This document shows positions 1 to 9,339 of a stretch of DNA of 28,779 nucleotides, piece by piece (positions within the stretch are counted from its first letter, which is position 1; each line of letters begins with the position of its first letter). The translations under genes and the position numbers were made by a program. The DNA is from a virus. Its lineage: Duplodnaviria; Caudoviricetes. Below the pieces are notes generated by a model. It was not told where the DNA came from. It worked only from the letters and a program-made list of their open reading frames with translations, and made no database searches. The stretch is from positions 1 through 28,779 of the IMG/VR virus record IMGVR_UViG_3300028837_001194; one strand, written 5' to 3'.

Positions 1-171
1 GCCTATGCCAACACCAACCGATATATATATAACCTTCAATAATTTTTTCCCGTGTGGGCAGGAGTTGACGTGAGCTGTAATAACTTTTTCAATTATATTC
101 TCTGCCGCTTTGGTTGCAAGGTTAGCAATTCTTTCGTCAATATACTTTTCTTCAATTTCAGTTAATGCCAT
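1..171 (-). CDS. Small putative membrane protein (possibly holin-like), 3' end outside the window; not in the ORF track
   Basis: Read by hand: ATG at 171 after AAAGGA; MALTEIEEKYIDERIANLATKAAENIIEKVITAHVNSCPHGKKLLKVIYISVGVGIG..., open to position 1 and ending in a hydrophobic stretch. Confidence 0.65.
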   Translation of the reverse strand, partial: MALTEIEEKYIDERIANLATKAAENIIEKVITAHVNSCPHGKKLLKVIYISVGVGIG

Positions 172-187
172 TTATCAATCCTTTCGT

Positions 188-3100
188 TTAATCGTATGGA
201 GGTAGCTTCTTAGGTTTTTCTTCCTTCATTTTTTCATAAAAGAATAATGATTTCAAATCTTTGCGTCCCGACCATATTGCCTCGTAATCTTTATAAGATA
301 GATAACCCGGTATGAAAGTCAAAAGAGAATTATACATATTTCGCTTTGCCTTTTCTCTCTTATATTCCTTCCATTTATCTGTATCGCCTGTGAAAAAACT
401 TATCAGATAGATATAAGCCCCAAGTGCAAATTGAGCTGCTGGTGGAAGACCAGTAGGTGCTGCTCCAAATAAAAAACTTCGAGTGTAACCCAAAGTATTC
501 AAAATCAGACCACCTATAACTAAATATCTAAACCATCCCAATCTTCGAGTCCAAGGCAATTTAACTGTCCCATCCGACCACCTTGGTTCACCTTTTAATA
601 GCCTATGGATGGCCTCTCTATGAAATCTTGCAAAATGATTCATCCACCAGCTTTGAAGTCGAGTAAGCGGAATTAAAGCTTTGTGCCTAAATGCTTCAGG
701 CATCCCCATCGGTATATATTGATATTGAGTAGCTCCAGCACCGAAATCCATTTCTCTTTTTATCTTTTCGAGTTCGGAAGGATATAAAAATCCTTTCTTT
801 TCTTTATATGTTCGCTTTGGGTCAGCCCATCCGTATTTTTTATATTTGGGATTTGTGATTAGCTCAATTGTATCCCAGTAAGCGGCCTTTTGAGCTTTGG
901 TTGCATTTGAAACTGCAGTCCATTGATAAGGTGCAAGCCACGCTTTTTCAAGTTTGCCCATCAAAGCCTTTGGCAATTCCTCGAAGCCCGTATATCCTTT
1001 AATAAACAAACTATCATCTATGATTTTCCGCAGTTGAGGCGAGGCTGGTATGAAACTTTTTGCGTTTGCTTTTATTCCGTAGAGGGCAAGATTCTGCAAG
1101 GTCTGAAACTTATTTCTGATAAGCTGTTTTGGTCGCCATCCCATAACACCTGAAATCACTAATCGACCGCCTTTTTGAAACAGAGTTGTTATCGGTCTTC
1201 TGCTTATTGTACGGCCAAACGGCTTTAAGATTTTATTGAATAAGCCACCTAAACCCGTTTCAGTAACAATATTATTAACGTGCCTGTCAAGTTGTGTCTC
1301 TTGGCCTTTAATTACCTGATTGACATAATCTATCACCCATCTTTTTGTCTCGGCTGGCATAACCTGTGGAAGAAGTTGTTTTTCTTTTGCAGATAGACCT
1401 TTATAAATCGGCAAATCTTTTGATATTGCCCCTAATTGTTCACTGAAAAATCTAAGTGGTTGACTTAAATGAACTTCTTTTAATCCGCTCCACAGCATTG
1501 ATTTTGTAGCATAAGCTAAATCTTTAGTAAACAGAGTTTCAACATCATCTGCAACTTTCCTCTGAAACTCCATCGGATTGAAAACCTTTTTACTTGCAAC
1601 ACGCTGTGCCCAATAAGCCATACCTTCTGGGAATGGGTATTTACCCCTAAGCATTTCTGCTGCCAGAGAGTCGGCAACGTGCCTAACATAAGCCTTTCGT
1701 TCTTTTATCGGTTCTAAGTCAAGAGCAGCCCTCACTTCATTTTCTCGTCTTAGTATTTCTTTACTCAAATCCCTGAACCAATTAAATATCTGTGCTTCCT
1801 CAATACTCAAATTGGCTGGCGGTTCTTCGTGTTTATTAAGAAGGTCTCTCATTTTCACAACAGCCTTAGTCGGTTGGTTTTTGAGTTTTGCCGCCGCTTT
1901 TTCTTTTAGCGTCGTTCCGTAATATTTATCTATTTCGTTAATCTTCTTATCTACTTCACTACTGACCTTTCTAAATTCCAAATCGAATCGCTGCTTTCCT
2001 TCTTCTAAAGGCTTTACCAATTCTTTTACGCCAAGAACCTCTGCATAATAAGTCTGCGCAGTAATATATTTCAGAAGTGTCGGTTTTCTGTATTTTCTCT
2101 GAAACTGTTTTACTGTTGCCAGTTTTGTTGTTCTTGGTATAGAGGGCGGAATAATTTTGCCGGCTCTGATAGTTGGTTCGGGCAATCTACCAAGAGCATC
2201 TATAAATCTTTCAGCCTCTTCGTAGGTCATATCCTTCATTGACTTCTTTATAGTCATTGCTTTAGCAAGGGCACGATAGCCGGGTCTCATCTTGCCTTTT
2301 TCACTTACAAATCCTTTCTTCTTTGCTATGATATGACCTTTTTGTTTTTGTGCTTTTGTAGATGGTTCTTCTGGTTTTTCTTCAAGAGCTACAGGTTTTT
2401 TAACTTTTGGTTTTTCTATTACTTTTTCTTCAATAGGTATTTCTGCTTCCAGCACTTCTTCTTCAACTTCTACACCTTTTGTCACTTCGTCCCAAATATT
2501 GCTTAAATGAGTTCTGACTTTTTCGCCCAATGTTGTAATTAACTGTTCAGACCACTTCTCAAAACTTTTCAAACCTCCTTCAAAATAATATCCGCCTATC
2601 GTTACAAGGTCTCCCCACCCCTCAATATCTTGTTCGCCTTTTTCGCTCCTGAAAAATCCTTCCCTTTCAGCAATTTTCTTTTTTATCCTGTCTATAGCAG
2701 CCTCTGCATCTGTTTTTTTGAAAATTACATTTGTCTCACCGAACTTTTCTGGCACTTCCGGCTTTTCCATCTTCGCCAGAGCTTTATCAGCCCATTCTTC
2801 GCCTTTGTATTCTTCGAGGACTTCGCGAGGGACAAGTTTTTTTTCTTTTAGAGCTTTTCTGATATATCTTTTGTGTAATGTCTCTATATTTTGAAAACCT
2901 GCCTTTTCTCTTGGTGATGGTGCTATATATTTTTTTTCTATAAATTCGTTGATAGTCATTTCCCAGGGATGCTTTTCGGCGGGGACTTCGGGCTTGGCTA
3001 ATTTCGGTCGAGTTTCTGCTAATAATCGCTCGGCTTCTTCAGCTGCTTCCAAACTTATTATCTCTTGTGGTGTTCTTTCCGTGTCTTTCCAATCAGACCA

Positions 3101-4945
3101 TTTTTGGTCTTCAATTTTTGTTCTAACTTGATTTCTTCCTTCTGTATCCTGTCTAGCTTGTATCATCATAATGCGACCATCAGGAAGTCTTTTAGCTGTA
3201 TCCAACTCTGAAAACCATTCAGGTTCTTTTCGCTTAGCTTCTGGCACTTCAGGCTTTTCGATGATTTCAGGGGCTTTCTCTACAATTTCGGGGGCTACTG
3301 GTTTCGTCTCAACAGGCTTCTTAATTGGCTCAGGCGGTCTTATGGCACGTTTTGTCATCATACCAGCAGCCATTCTCACAGCAGCAGGGAATGCAAGAAC
3401 AACACCTGTAGATGGCAAGTTTTGAAAATCCTGAAATAGTCCGGCTACAAGTCTTTCGCCAATCGTCGAATCGCCACCCGTTCCAAAGTCCTCTGTTCCC
3501 GCAATGGCCTTGAATATCGTCTCAACTTCTTCCTCTGCCAATTCGCCCAATAAAGTCGAATATTCGCCTCTTTTTAAGAGCTTGTTAACAAATTTACTTG
3601 GCGAGCCGCCTGTTTTTCTCGACCATGCTTTTTGCAATGCAGGTACGAACTTTCGGGCAAAGGGCAGTTTGGCAAGTCCCCTCATTATCGTTGTACCCGA
3701 TACCTCTGCCCCTGCTGTGATTATCTGGTTTCCCCAAGACTTCGCTATGGATTCACCTAACGATTCTTCCGGCCTTATTCCTTCCCTGATTTCAAGACGT
3801 CTCTCTGCAAGTTCTTCTGCGCCTCTGGGAGCGAAGGCTATAGCCCCTCTTGCCGTCGAACCCGAAATCCAACCCAATAATCGAGCCCCGAACCTGCCAG
3901 CCTTTGTCGTTCCCAACAGTCTTAATCCCGCTCGTCTGCCAACTGACCTTACTCCGGTATATATTCTTCCGGTTATCGCAAACTCGGCCATATAGGTAGG
4001 CAGGTTGGATATACCCCACGCTACTGTGCTGAACCAGTTATTCTGTGCGTATTTGCGACGCCTGTAATTTTCGACTATTCTCTCATCGGATTCTTTATCA
4101 GCGTATTCCGCAAATTCGTAAGGGTCGTATTCCATCACCTTGCCTTCAATTACTCTCGGCGTTACACGGCCGAGCATACGTTCGCTTACTTCATCGCGAA
4201 AACCAACTGGCGTACTGTAGTCCCAATCAGAATCAAGCCTTGTTTTCGCCGCCTCATAGGTCATTTGGTTAAACAATGCGACTAAGGCACCGCCCAAAGG
4301 CACTTTTTCCAAAGCTGTCGGCATATCCGCCATACCAAACTCTAATCTAAGTCGTTCCCAACCACCGACTATATTTCTCAATTCTTTAAGCAGTATGTCC
4401 TCTTCTAAGATTTCCTCCGGTGTTGCTTTAATTCCTAACACTCCCCATTTCGGCGGTTTGAATAGAACCTGCTTTAATGCTACTGTGGCCGGTGCCGATG
4501 GGTCTGCCAATTCGGGCGGGATTAGATAATCTCCTAAACTGTTTTTGTCGTCCAATTCACTTTTCCATCGTTCCCTAATTTCGTTAATTTTGCCCTCTTG
4601 TTTGGCTCGTGGGTAAACTAATTCGGCCATCTCATCAGTCAGTTGCCTATCCAAAGCCAATAATTGTTTGTCGAGAAAATTCTGTCTCTCAGCCTGTGGG
4701 TTTTCCGACAGATTGAAATATTCCGACATAACATTTCTTTTGCTCTTGTCGATGTAATCTTCCAGATGAGCATTTGGGTCATTAAGTAAATCAATAACAG
4801 CCGCACCTTTTACTTCTTTCCCTTCGGCGAGCGTACTGATTCTATCCCAATAAGAAACCTCTGATTTTTCTGGTAGTTGTTCGGTAATAATATCAGCCTC
4901 GTCCGTCGTTCCTGCCAATTCTGCTATTCTGTCCCAATATCCCAT
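188..4945 (-). CDS. Large internal virion / DNA-ejection protein (T7 gp16 positional analogue), 1585 aa
   Basis: Last and largest gene of the ejection cluster. It has a Gly/Ala-rich amphipathic N-terminal half, a Pro/Glu/Lys linker region and C-terminal hydrophobic segments (YLVIGGLILNTLG; AQFALGAYIYLISFF). TAATG overlap with the upstream ORF. Confidence 0.75.
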   Translation of the reverse strand: MGYWDRIAELAGTTDEADIITEQLPEKSEVSYWDRISTLAEGKEVKGAAVIDLLNDPNAHLEDYIDKSKRNVMSEYFNLSENPQAERQNFLDKQLLALDRQLTDEMAELVYPRAKQEGKINEIRERWKSELDDKNSLGDYLIPPELADPSAPATVALKQVLFKPPKWGVLGIKATPEEILEEDILLKELRNIVGGWERLRLEFGMADMPTALEKVPLGGALVALFNQMTYEAAKTRLDSDWDYSTPVGFRDEVSERMLGRVTPRVIEGKVMEYDPYEFAEYADKESDERIVENYRRRKYAQNNWFSTVAWGISNLPTYMAEFAITGRIYTGVRSVGRRAGLRLLGTTKAGRFGARLLGWISGSTARGAIAFAPRGAEELAERRLEIREGIRPEESLGESIAKSWGNQIITAGAEVSGTTIMRGLAKLPFARKFVPALQKAWSRKTGGSPSKFVNKLLKRGEYSTLLGELAEEEVETIFKAIAGTEDFGTGGDSTIGERLVAGLFQDFQNLPSTGVVLAFPAAVRMAAGMMTKRAIRPPEPIKKPVETKPVAPEIVEKAPEIIEKPEVPEAKRKEPEWFSELDTAKRLPDGRIMMIQARQDTEGRNQVRTKIEDQKWSDWKDTERTPQEIISLEAAEEAERLLAETRPKLAKPEVPAEKHPWEMTINEFIEKKYIAPSPREKAGFQNIETLHKRYIRKALKEKKLVPREVLEEYKGEEWADKALAKMEKPEVPEKFGETNVIFKKTDAEAAIDRIKKKIAEREGFFRSEKGEQDIEGWGDLVTIGGYYFEGGLKSFEKWSEQLITTLGEKVRTHLSNIWDEVTKGVEVEEEVLEAEIPIEEKVIEKPKVKKPVALEEKPEEPSTKAQKQKGHIIAKKKGFVSEKGKMRPGYRALAKAMTIKKSMKDMTYEEAERFIDALGRLPEPTIRAGKIIPPSIPRTTKLATVKQFQRKYRKPTLLKYITAQTYYAEVLGVKELVKPLEEGKQRFDLEFRKVSSEVDKKINEIDKYYGTTLKEKAAAKLKNQPTKAVVKMRDLLNKHEEPPANLSIEEAQIFNWFRDLSKEILRRENEVRAALDLEPIKERKAYVRHVADSLAAEMLRGKYPFPEGMAYWAQRVASKKVFNPMEFQRKVADDVETLFTKDLAYATKSMLWSGLKEVHLSQPLRFFSEQLGAISKDLPIYKGLSAKEKQLLPQVMPAETKRWVIDYVNQVIKGQETQLDRHVNNIVTETGLGGLFNKILKPFGRTISRRPITTLFQKGGRLVISGVMGWRPKQLIRNKFQTLQNLALYGIKANAKSFIPASPQLRKIIDDSLFIKGYTGFEELPKALMGKLEKAWLAPYQWTAVSNATKAQKAAYWDTIELITNPKYKKYGWADPKRTYKEKKGFLYPSELEKIKREMDFGAGATQYQYIPMGMPEAFRHKALIPLTRLQSWWMNHFARFHREAIHRLLKGEPRWSDGTVKLPWTRRLGWFRYLVIGGLILNTLGYTRSFLFGAAPTGLPPAAQFALGAYIYLISFFTGDTDKWKEYKREKAKRNMYNSLLTFIPGYLSYKDYEAIWSGRKDLKSLFFYEKMKEEKPKKLPPYD
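2747..3259. repeat. 21-bp direct repeat pair (2747-2767 and 3239-3259, one mismatch) encoding EKPEVPE
   Basis: ttctggcacttccggcttttc versus ttctggcacttcaggcttttc, 492 bp apart (a multiple of 3). A third degenerate KPEVPA copy lies near 2980-2998. Confidence 0.8.
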
Positions 4946-5313
4946 TATTTTTCAGGAATGATATATCCGTCCTTTTTCGCTAATTTTTCGGCCAGTTTTA
5001 TATCACCACCAGCCAAATAGTAATAATGTAATCCAATCTCGTCCGTCATAGGTTTTTCTCTTTTTCTAAATTCTTTAATCCATTGAGTAGTTCCTATTTC
5101 TTCTGCTCTTTCTGATGACATCCATTCCATTTTAGCTTTGTAAGGCAGAGCTCTTAACGCTTTTGTTCTTTCTTCTACAGGCCAATCTTCATACCACCAG
5201 TCTTTTACTGTTGGCTTAAACATAAAGAATAAATAATCCTGACTTTCCTGTGGCGATGGTGGCCTTTTATGAATTGATTGATGTTCCCTTAACCACTTAT
5301 CATAGTCGTCCAT
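4945..5313 (-). CDS. Hypothetical protein, possibly the C-terminal part of the gp15-like ejection protein
   Basis: 122-aa ORF whose frame stays open upstream to ~5379, overlapping the end of 5352..6305 in the -1 frame. Confidence 0.6.
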   Translation of the reverse strand: MDDYDKWLREHQSIHKRPPSPQESQDYLFFMFKPTVKDWWYEDWPVEERTKALRALPYKAKMEWMSSERAEEIGTTQWIKEFRKREKPMTDEIGLHYYYLAGGDIKLAEKLAKKDGYIIPEK

Positions 5314-5351
5314 ATACCTTATTTTGTCCTCTGGGGTTTTAGCAAATTCAT

Positions 5352-6305
5352 TTATTTGCGTATTGCCTTTTGTTGGTCTTCAGTCAGAACGCCGTCGTAG
5401 CTTTCAATTAAATCGAATATATCACCCGTAAAATCCTGCGGCATTTTACCCGTTTCGATAGCATCGTAAATCGTATCTTTTGCGTCCTCCTGAGCTTTCT
5501 TTAATGCTTCATCGTCAAGATTCTTTTTGAAGTTATACTGAGTCCTGACATCTTCAAAAACCTTGTCCCACTGCTCTCCTGTTATTCCGTATTTCTCTCT
5601 TGCCTCTCTTTTCCTTTTGGGGTCGTTCATCCACTTTGCAGCTTCGTCCCATCCGCCTTCTGCTGCTAACTGGTCTGTCTTTTCCTCCAACCACAAAACA
5701 GCAGCTTTTTCTGCTGCTTTAGCTTTCTTTGCGTCTATTTCTGCACCTATCAGTTCCTTCATCGTAGGCACAAGTTCTTTGTCGTATACTGTCCCTGCGT
5801 GCCTATCTAACAAATCAAAAGCCGCCTGCTTGTCCAAATTGGCGACGTGGCTTTTTAACATCATCTCCGCTTTTTCGGCTTCACGCCTTCCGACAATAGT
5901 TCCAATTTCGCCATCAAGCCGCTTATTGAGTCTTTCTTTGTTCTGTGCTAACCAATTATTCGCATAGTCTTTGCTCGCCGGCAGCTTTAGTTTTTGACCT
6001 GCCAGATTCAATCCATTTATTGCCTTTTCCTTTTGCTGTCTGATTTCATCGACACCTGCACCTGGATTCTCTATCAGCCAAGTCCTAAATCCTTCAATAG
6101 TCGTTCCCGTCTGTCCGAGAAAAGAATGTATCTCATTACCAGTTTTTATTTGATTGATTTTTGATAATATATCTCCCCCCGTTTGTGCTATAACTGCGCC
6201 AAATTGCTGTTGCCCTCTTGTATTAGCAAGGTAGTAAGGTGGTTTATGTGCAGGTAAAGCTGTCGGCGTTTGTGTTCTCTGATATAATTTTATTTCTACT
6301 CCCAC
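5352..6305 (-). CDS. Internal virion / ejection protein (T7 gp15 positional analogue), 317 aa
   Basis: Charged, helical-looking sequence between the gp14-like and gp16-like genes. The GTG start directly abuts the upstream TAA. Confidence 0.65.
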   Translation of the reverse strand: MGVEIKLYQRTQTPTALPAHKPPYYLANTRGQQQFGAVIAQTGGDILSKINQIKTGNEIHSFLGQTGTTIEGFRTWLIENPGAGVDEIRQQKEKAINGLNLAGQKLKLPASKDYANNWLAQNKERLNKRLDGEIGTIVGRREAEKAEMMLKSHVANLDKQAAFDLLDRHAGTVYDKELVPTMKELIGAEIDAKKAKAAEKAAVLWLEEKTDQLAAEGGWDEAAKWMNDPKRKREAREKYGITGEQWDKVFEDVRTQYNFKKNLDDEALKKAQEDAKDTIYDAIETGKMPQDFTGDIFDLIESYDGVLTEDQQKAIRK

Positions 6306-6869
6306 TTAAAAATTCCTCGTATAACTATAAGGTGTTGTTTTCCAGTTAAAAGTTGTATCAGGAGTCCATCCCAAAGATTGTTTATTGAGATTGAATAATC
6401 CTGATTCCCAAGATGCCATCCCTGCCCTGCCAAATCCTAATAGTCCCGTAGATAGAGACTGCCATTTAGCCTGCTCTCTTGCCATTTCGCCGTAGGCCGT
6501 TTCGTATGTAGCCCTCATCTCATATAATTCCGCAGTTTCCCTGCCCCTTTCGAGTATGTAGCCCTTATCTTTAGCGGCATCGAGTTTCGTCTGAGCCTCG
6601 ATAATTAAAGGCGCACCGATATTAATCCTTACGTTAGAAGCAGCGAATCCCACCTTTTGTGAAGCAATAAGCCTGCGTTTCTTTTCCTCTAAGATACGAG
6701 CCTTTTCCTCGGCTTCTTTCTTTACCATCTCCGCACGTTTGCGCTCCTGCTCCGCTCTGGCATTTGCCAAGTCCTGAGCCATTTTGCCCTGCTGCGAGAT
6801 TGCCCTCATCTGCATAACCGTGCCGGCAATCATACCGCCAATGAGCAATGCTGGTACTGCGGCTGCCAT
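6306..6869 (-). CDS. Internal virion protein (T7 gp14-like), likely start MAAAVPALLIGG at 6869
   Basis: Hydrophobic Ala/Gly N-terminus, coiled-coil middle and the QKVGFAASNVRINIGAP motif typical of small podovirus ejection proteins. TAATG overlap and GAGGA RBS support 6869 rather than 6887. Confidence 0.75.
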   Translation of the reverse strand: MAAAVPALLIGGMIAGTVMQMRAISQQGKMAQDLANARAEQERKRAEMVKKEAEEKARILEEKKRRLIASQKVGFAASNVRINIGAPLIIEAQTKLDAAKDKGYILERGRETAELYEMRATYETAYGEMAREQAKWQSLSTGLLGFGRAGMASWESGLFNLNKQSLGWTPDTTFNWKTTPYSYTRNF

Positions 6870-7318
6870 TATTCTGTCCTCGTCCAAATGTGCATATCTG
6901 GCTCCTTCTTGAACCCTAAATGCTCAAGAAACTTATCGCTTATTTTCGACTCTGCGAATACGCGCCAGAGGTTTTTTTCGTCCCTCGTCTTAATAAATAC
7001 ATCTTTCGTTTCTTCAAAAAGTTTTTTCTTCTGCCTTAATCTTATATGGGGAAAAGTCGCACACCACGCCTCACCCAGACCTATATAGCGGATACCGCCT
7101 ACCCCGAAAAATTCACCTTTATCCGTAAAATATGAATGAGCAGTACCGGTAATGATGTTTATGTTTGCAAGATATACCTTCTCTGCCTGAGACAATTTAT
7201 CGTAATCAGGGTAAAATTCCTTATTGGCCGCCATAACAGCCAAAAAGTCATCGGTTGTCATTTGTCTTTGTTCCATAATAAACCCTGCGCAACCACTGCG
7301 CAACCACTGCGCAACCAT
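6869..7318 (-). CDS. GNAT-fold-like phage protein (T7 gp13 positional analogue); start at 7318 or 7276
   Basis: FFGVGGI..LGEAW and KFLEHLGFKKE motifs. It sits between the nozzle and the gp14-like gene, as gp13 does. Confidence 0.7.
   Translation of the reverse strand: MVAQWLRSGCAGFIMEQRQMTTDDFLAVMAANKEFYPDYDKLSQAEKVYLANINIITGTAHSYFTDKGEFFGVGGIRYIGLGEAWCATFPHIRLRQKKKLFEETKDVFIKTRDEKNLWRVFAESKISDKFLEHLGFKKEPDMHIWTRTE
7285..7317. repeat. Perfect tandem repeat (CTGCGCAACCA)x3
   Basis: Read directly from the sequence; each unit contains the palindrome TGCGCA. Confidence 0.95.
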
Positions 7319-7320
7319 AG

Positions 7321-9339
7321 TTAGGGCGCATTCATTCCATATTGAGTAATAATCTGTCTTATCGTCAGAGGAAAAGGCGCATCGCTTTCGACGTAAATAG
7401 TCTGTTTCTTTTTCGACGCATAAGGATAAGGATATCTTCTAAATCTCGATAAACACGTAGTTAAATCCTGTGCTGTTGCGTTAGGGTCGAAATTCATATC
7501 ATTTTCAAAATTGATATATGTTAAATCATCGAGAGTTGCACTATCCCCATATTTGCAATATCCTGTTTTGTAAAAATCGAAATCAAGTGCTTGAACGTGC
7601 TTTTGCATAGCCTTGTCCTGCGGGTCTATTACCAAAGGCAAGCTCTCATATTTCGATGTGTAAGGCAGACCTGCCGTTACCCTCGCCGCCGCTCTGTCTA
7701 TTATGATTTCGCCGTTTGCATCAACTACCTCGTTAGGCTCAAAAACACCGTCGCCTAATATATATATATTTTCACCGATTAAATGGTCGAGTCCGTTAAA
7801 ATCATTCACTTCAGAACCAGTATAAGAAAGTCCCGAATCGACGAACCAGCAGTCGTTAGTATCAGTACCCCAGTCTCGCGGAGCGAATCGCTCGACGTAT
7901 TTGTAATCGTTGCCGTCTATTGTCCTGTTGACTATTACCCAAATCTCATCCTCAAATTCTATGCCGGGGATTCTGCAGACGGATTCAAAATCCCCATCCG
8001 TTGTCTGTTTAGCCCATCCTATGACCTGCTGCTGGGCATCATAAGTCAGAGTTGCAATATCACCGTTATTTAACACGCACCAAAGAATAGGTTGCGGCCT
8101 GTACTGAAAAGCAACATCTTTTATCCCGCTGTTCGTTATATCCTCGGAAAGCAGCGTTAAATCAGGTGACAGGTATTTATCGTGCTGCAAGGAATATGAA
8201 AATTCCCTTATATTCCTATTGCCTCTCTCAACGTACAATAGTGATTCGCTTGCAAGTGCCGGCATAATGGCGGCAGAGCCTACATTTGTCTGCTCCTGAT
8301 ATGCAGGACTCGTAAACTTTACAGCCTCGCCCCGCTCACCCCAAATTCCTACGCTGCCGGAAGTGCCGATAATCAGATAATCCTTAGAAGCAAGCCAGCG
8401 TATGGGATTCTGTCCCGTAAGGGCAACGAGAAAGGCTGAATCGTCCAATGCTCCTTCCATAAAATTCTCAGGGTTGCCTGTTTTGCTGAACCATAAAATT
8501 TGCGGATATGTGGTCGAGCCGCCGAATACAAGTCTCTGCTGGTGATAACAAACAGTTTTGGGCCAGCCGTAACGGTCGCTCCAATAAGGCTCTCGCCAGT
8601 GTTTTGTGGCATCTGTCGAATCCAACGCTGTTAATACTGTCCCCGTAACGACCGTTCCGCTCTCATAATCGGTAATTTTTACTACTCCGTGATTTAGCGG
8701 GTCTGTAATAGTGAAAGTCCAGTCGCAGGTGCCGCTTACATAATCGCTCATTGTAACCCTGTAGATTGCTCCATCTTCTTCTGTCTCTGCCGGATTATCG
8801 AAATGTGTGCTGTTCATCGGCACTAATGCGTTTTTCCAGGTAACACCGTTATTTGTGCTTCTCTCTAAAGTTACCGTAGCGTCCCAGGTGCCATCGGTAA
8901 TAAAGGAATAACCGCCGACAAAATAATCCGTTGAGTCGCCTGATTCGTCATCGTTTAACGAGCCTGTATAAGATGTATTTGAGCGTTTCTGGTTTATCTC
9001 CCAGATTGAGCCGTTATGCGTTTCCAGAAATATGCTGCTGCTGGCGGTGAGTGTAATCGAGTCTTTTGTACCCGAAGGTGTAATAGTTATATCCTCATCG
9101 TTTTCAGGCAGGAACGGCCCCGTTGATATGTCCATATCGGCAATCGTCCAGTCGTTATGAGCCGCTCTCGTCAGCTTTTGCGGCCAGTCGTTGCCATCGA
9201 CGAGGTACATAGTATTATCGGCCTGTGCGTACTGGACATCCCATATCTCGCAGGCGTCGAAAACAGTAGCGATGTAATATGCGTCGCCGTAACATAAAGA
9301 GCTTAAAAGCAAGAACAGTAAAATTATTAGTTTTTTCAT
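7321..9339 (-). CDS. Tail nozzle (tail tubular protein B, T7 gp12-like), main C-terminal part, with its own signal peptide
   Basis: Motifs VQYAQADNTMYLV, GWPKTVCYHQQRLVFGG..PQILWFSKTG..ENF, LSPDLTLLSEDI, WAKQTTDGDFESVC, FVDSGLSY..GLDHLIGE, AGLPYTS. The N-terminus is MKKLIILLFLLLSSLCYG|D. Confidence 0.88.
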   Translation of the reverse strand: MKKLIILLFLLLSSLCYGDAYYIATVFDACEIWDVQYAQADNTMYLVDGNDWPQKLTRAAHNDWTIADMDISTGPFLPENDEDITITPSGTKDSITLTASSSIFLETHNGSIWEINQKRSNTSYTGSLNDDESGDSTDYFVGGYSFITDGTWDATVTLERSTNNGVTWKNALVPMNSTHFDNPAETEEDGAIYRVTMSDYVSGTCDWTFTITDPLNHGVVKITDYESGTVVTGTVLTALDSTDATKHWREPYWSDRYGWPKTVCYHQQRLVFGGSTTYPQILWFSKTGNPENFMEGALDDSAFLVALTGQNPIRWLASKDYLIIGTSGSVGIWGERGEAVKFTSPAYQEQTNVGSAAIMPALASESLLYVERGNRNIREFSYSLQHDKYLSPDLTLLSEDITNSGIKDVAFQYRPQPILWCVLNNGDIATLTYDAQQQVIGWAKQTTDGDFESVCRIPGIEFEDEIWVIVNRTIDGNDYKYVERFAPRDWGTDTNDCWFVDSGLSYTGSEVNDFNGLDHLIGENIYILGDGVFEPNEVVDANGEIIIDRAAARVTAGLPYTSKYESLPLVIDPQDKAMQKHVQALDFDFYKTGYCKYGDSATLDDLTYINFENDMNFDPNATAQDLTTCLSRFRRYPYPYASKKKQTIYVESDAPFPLTIRQIITQYGMNAP

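Noticed and set aside
188-4945. Lytic transglycosylase or RNA polymerase domain in the large ejection protein
   Set aside because: I could not recognise catalytic motifs for either; a profile search would be needed to exclude them fully.
7285-7317. CRISPR-like array
   Set aside because: The 11-bp units are contiguous with no spacers, and there are no cas genes.
9336-9339. Nozzle split caused by stop-codon recoding or sequencing error
   Set aside because: The ORFs are in different frames with an ATGA overlap, and the downstream ORF has its own signal peptide. Other genes are intact under the standard code.
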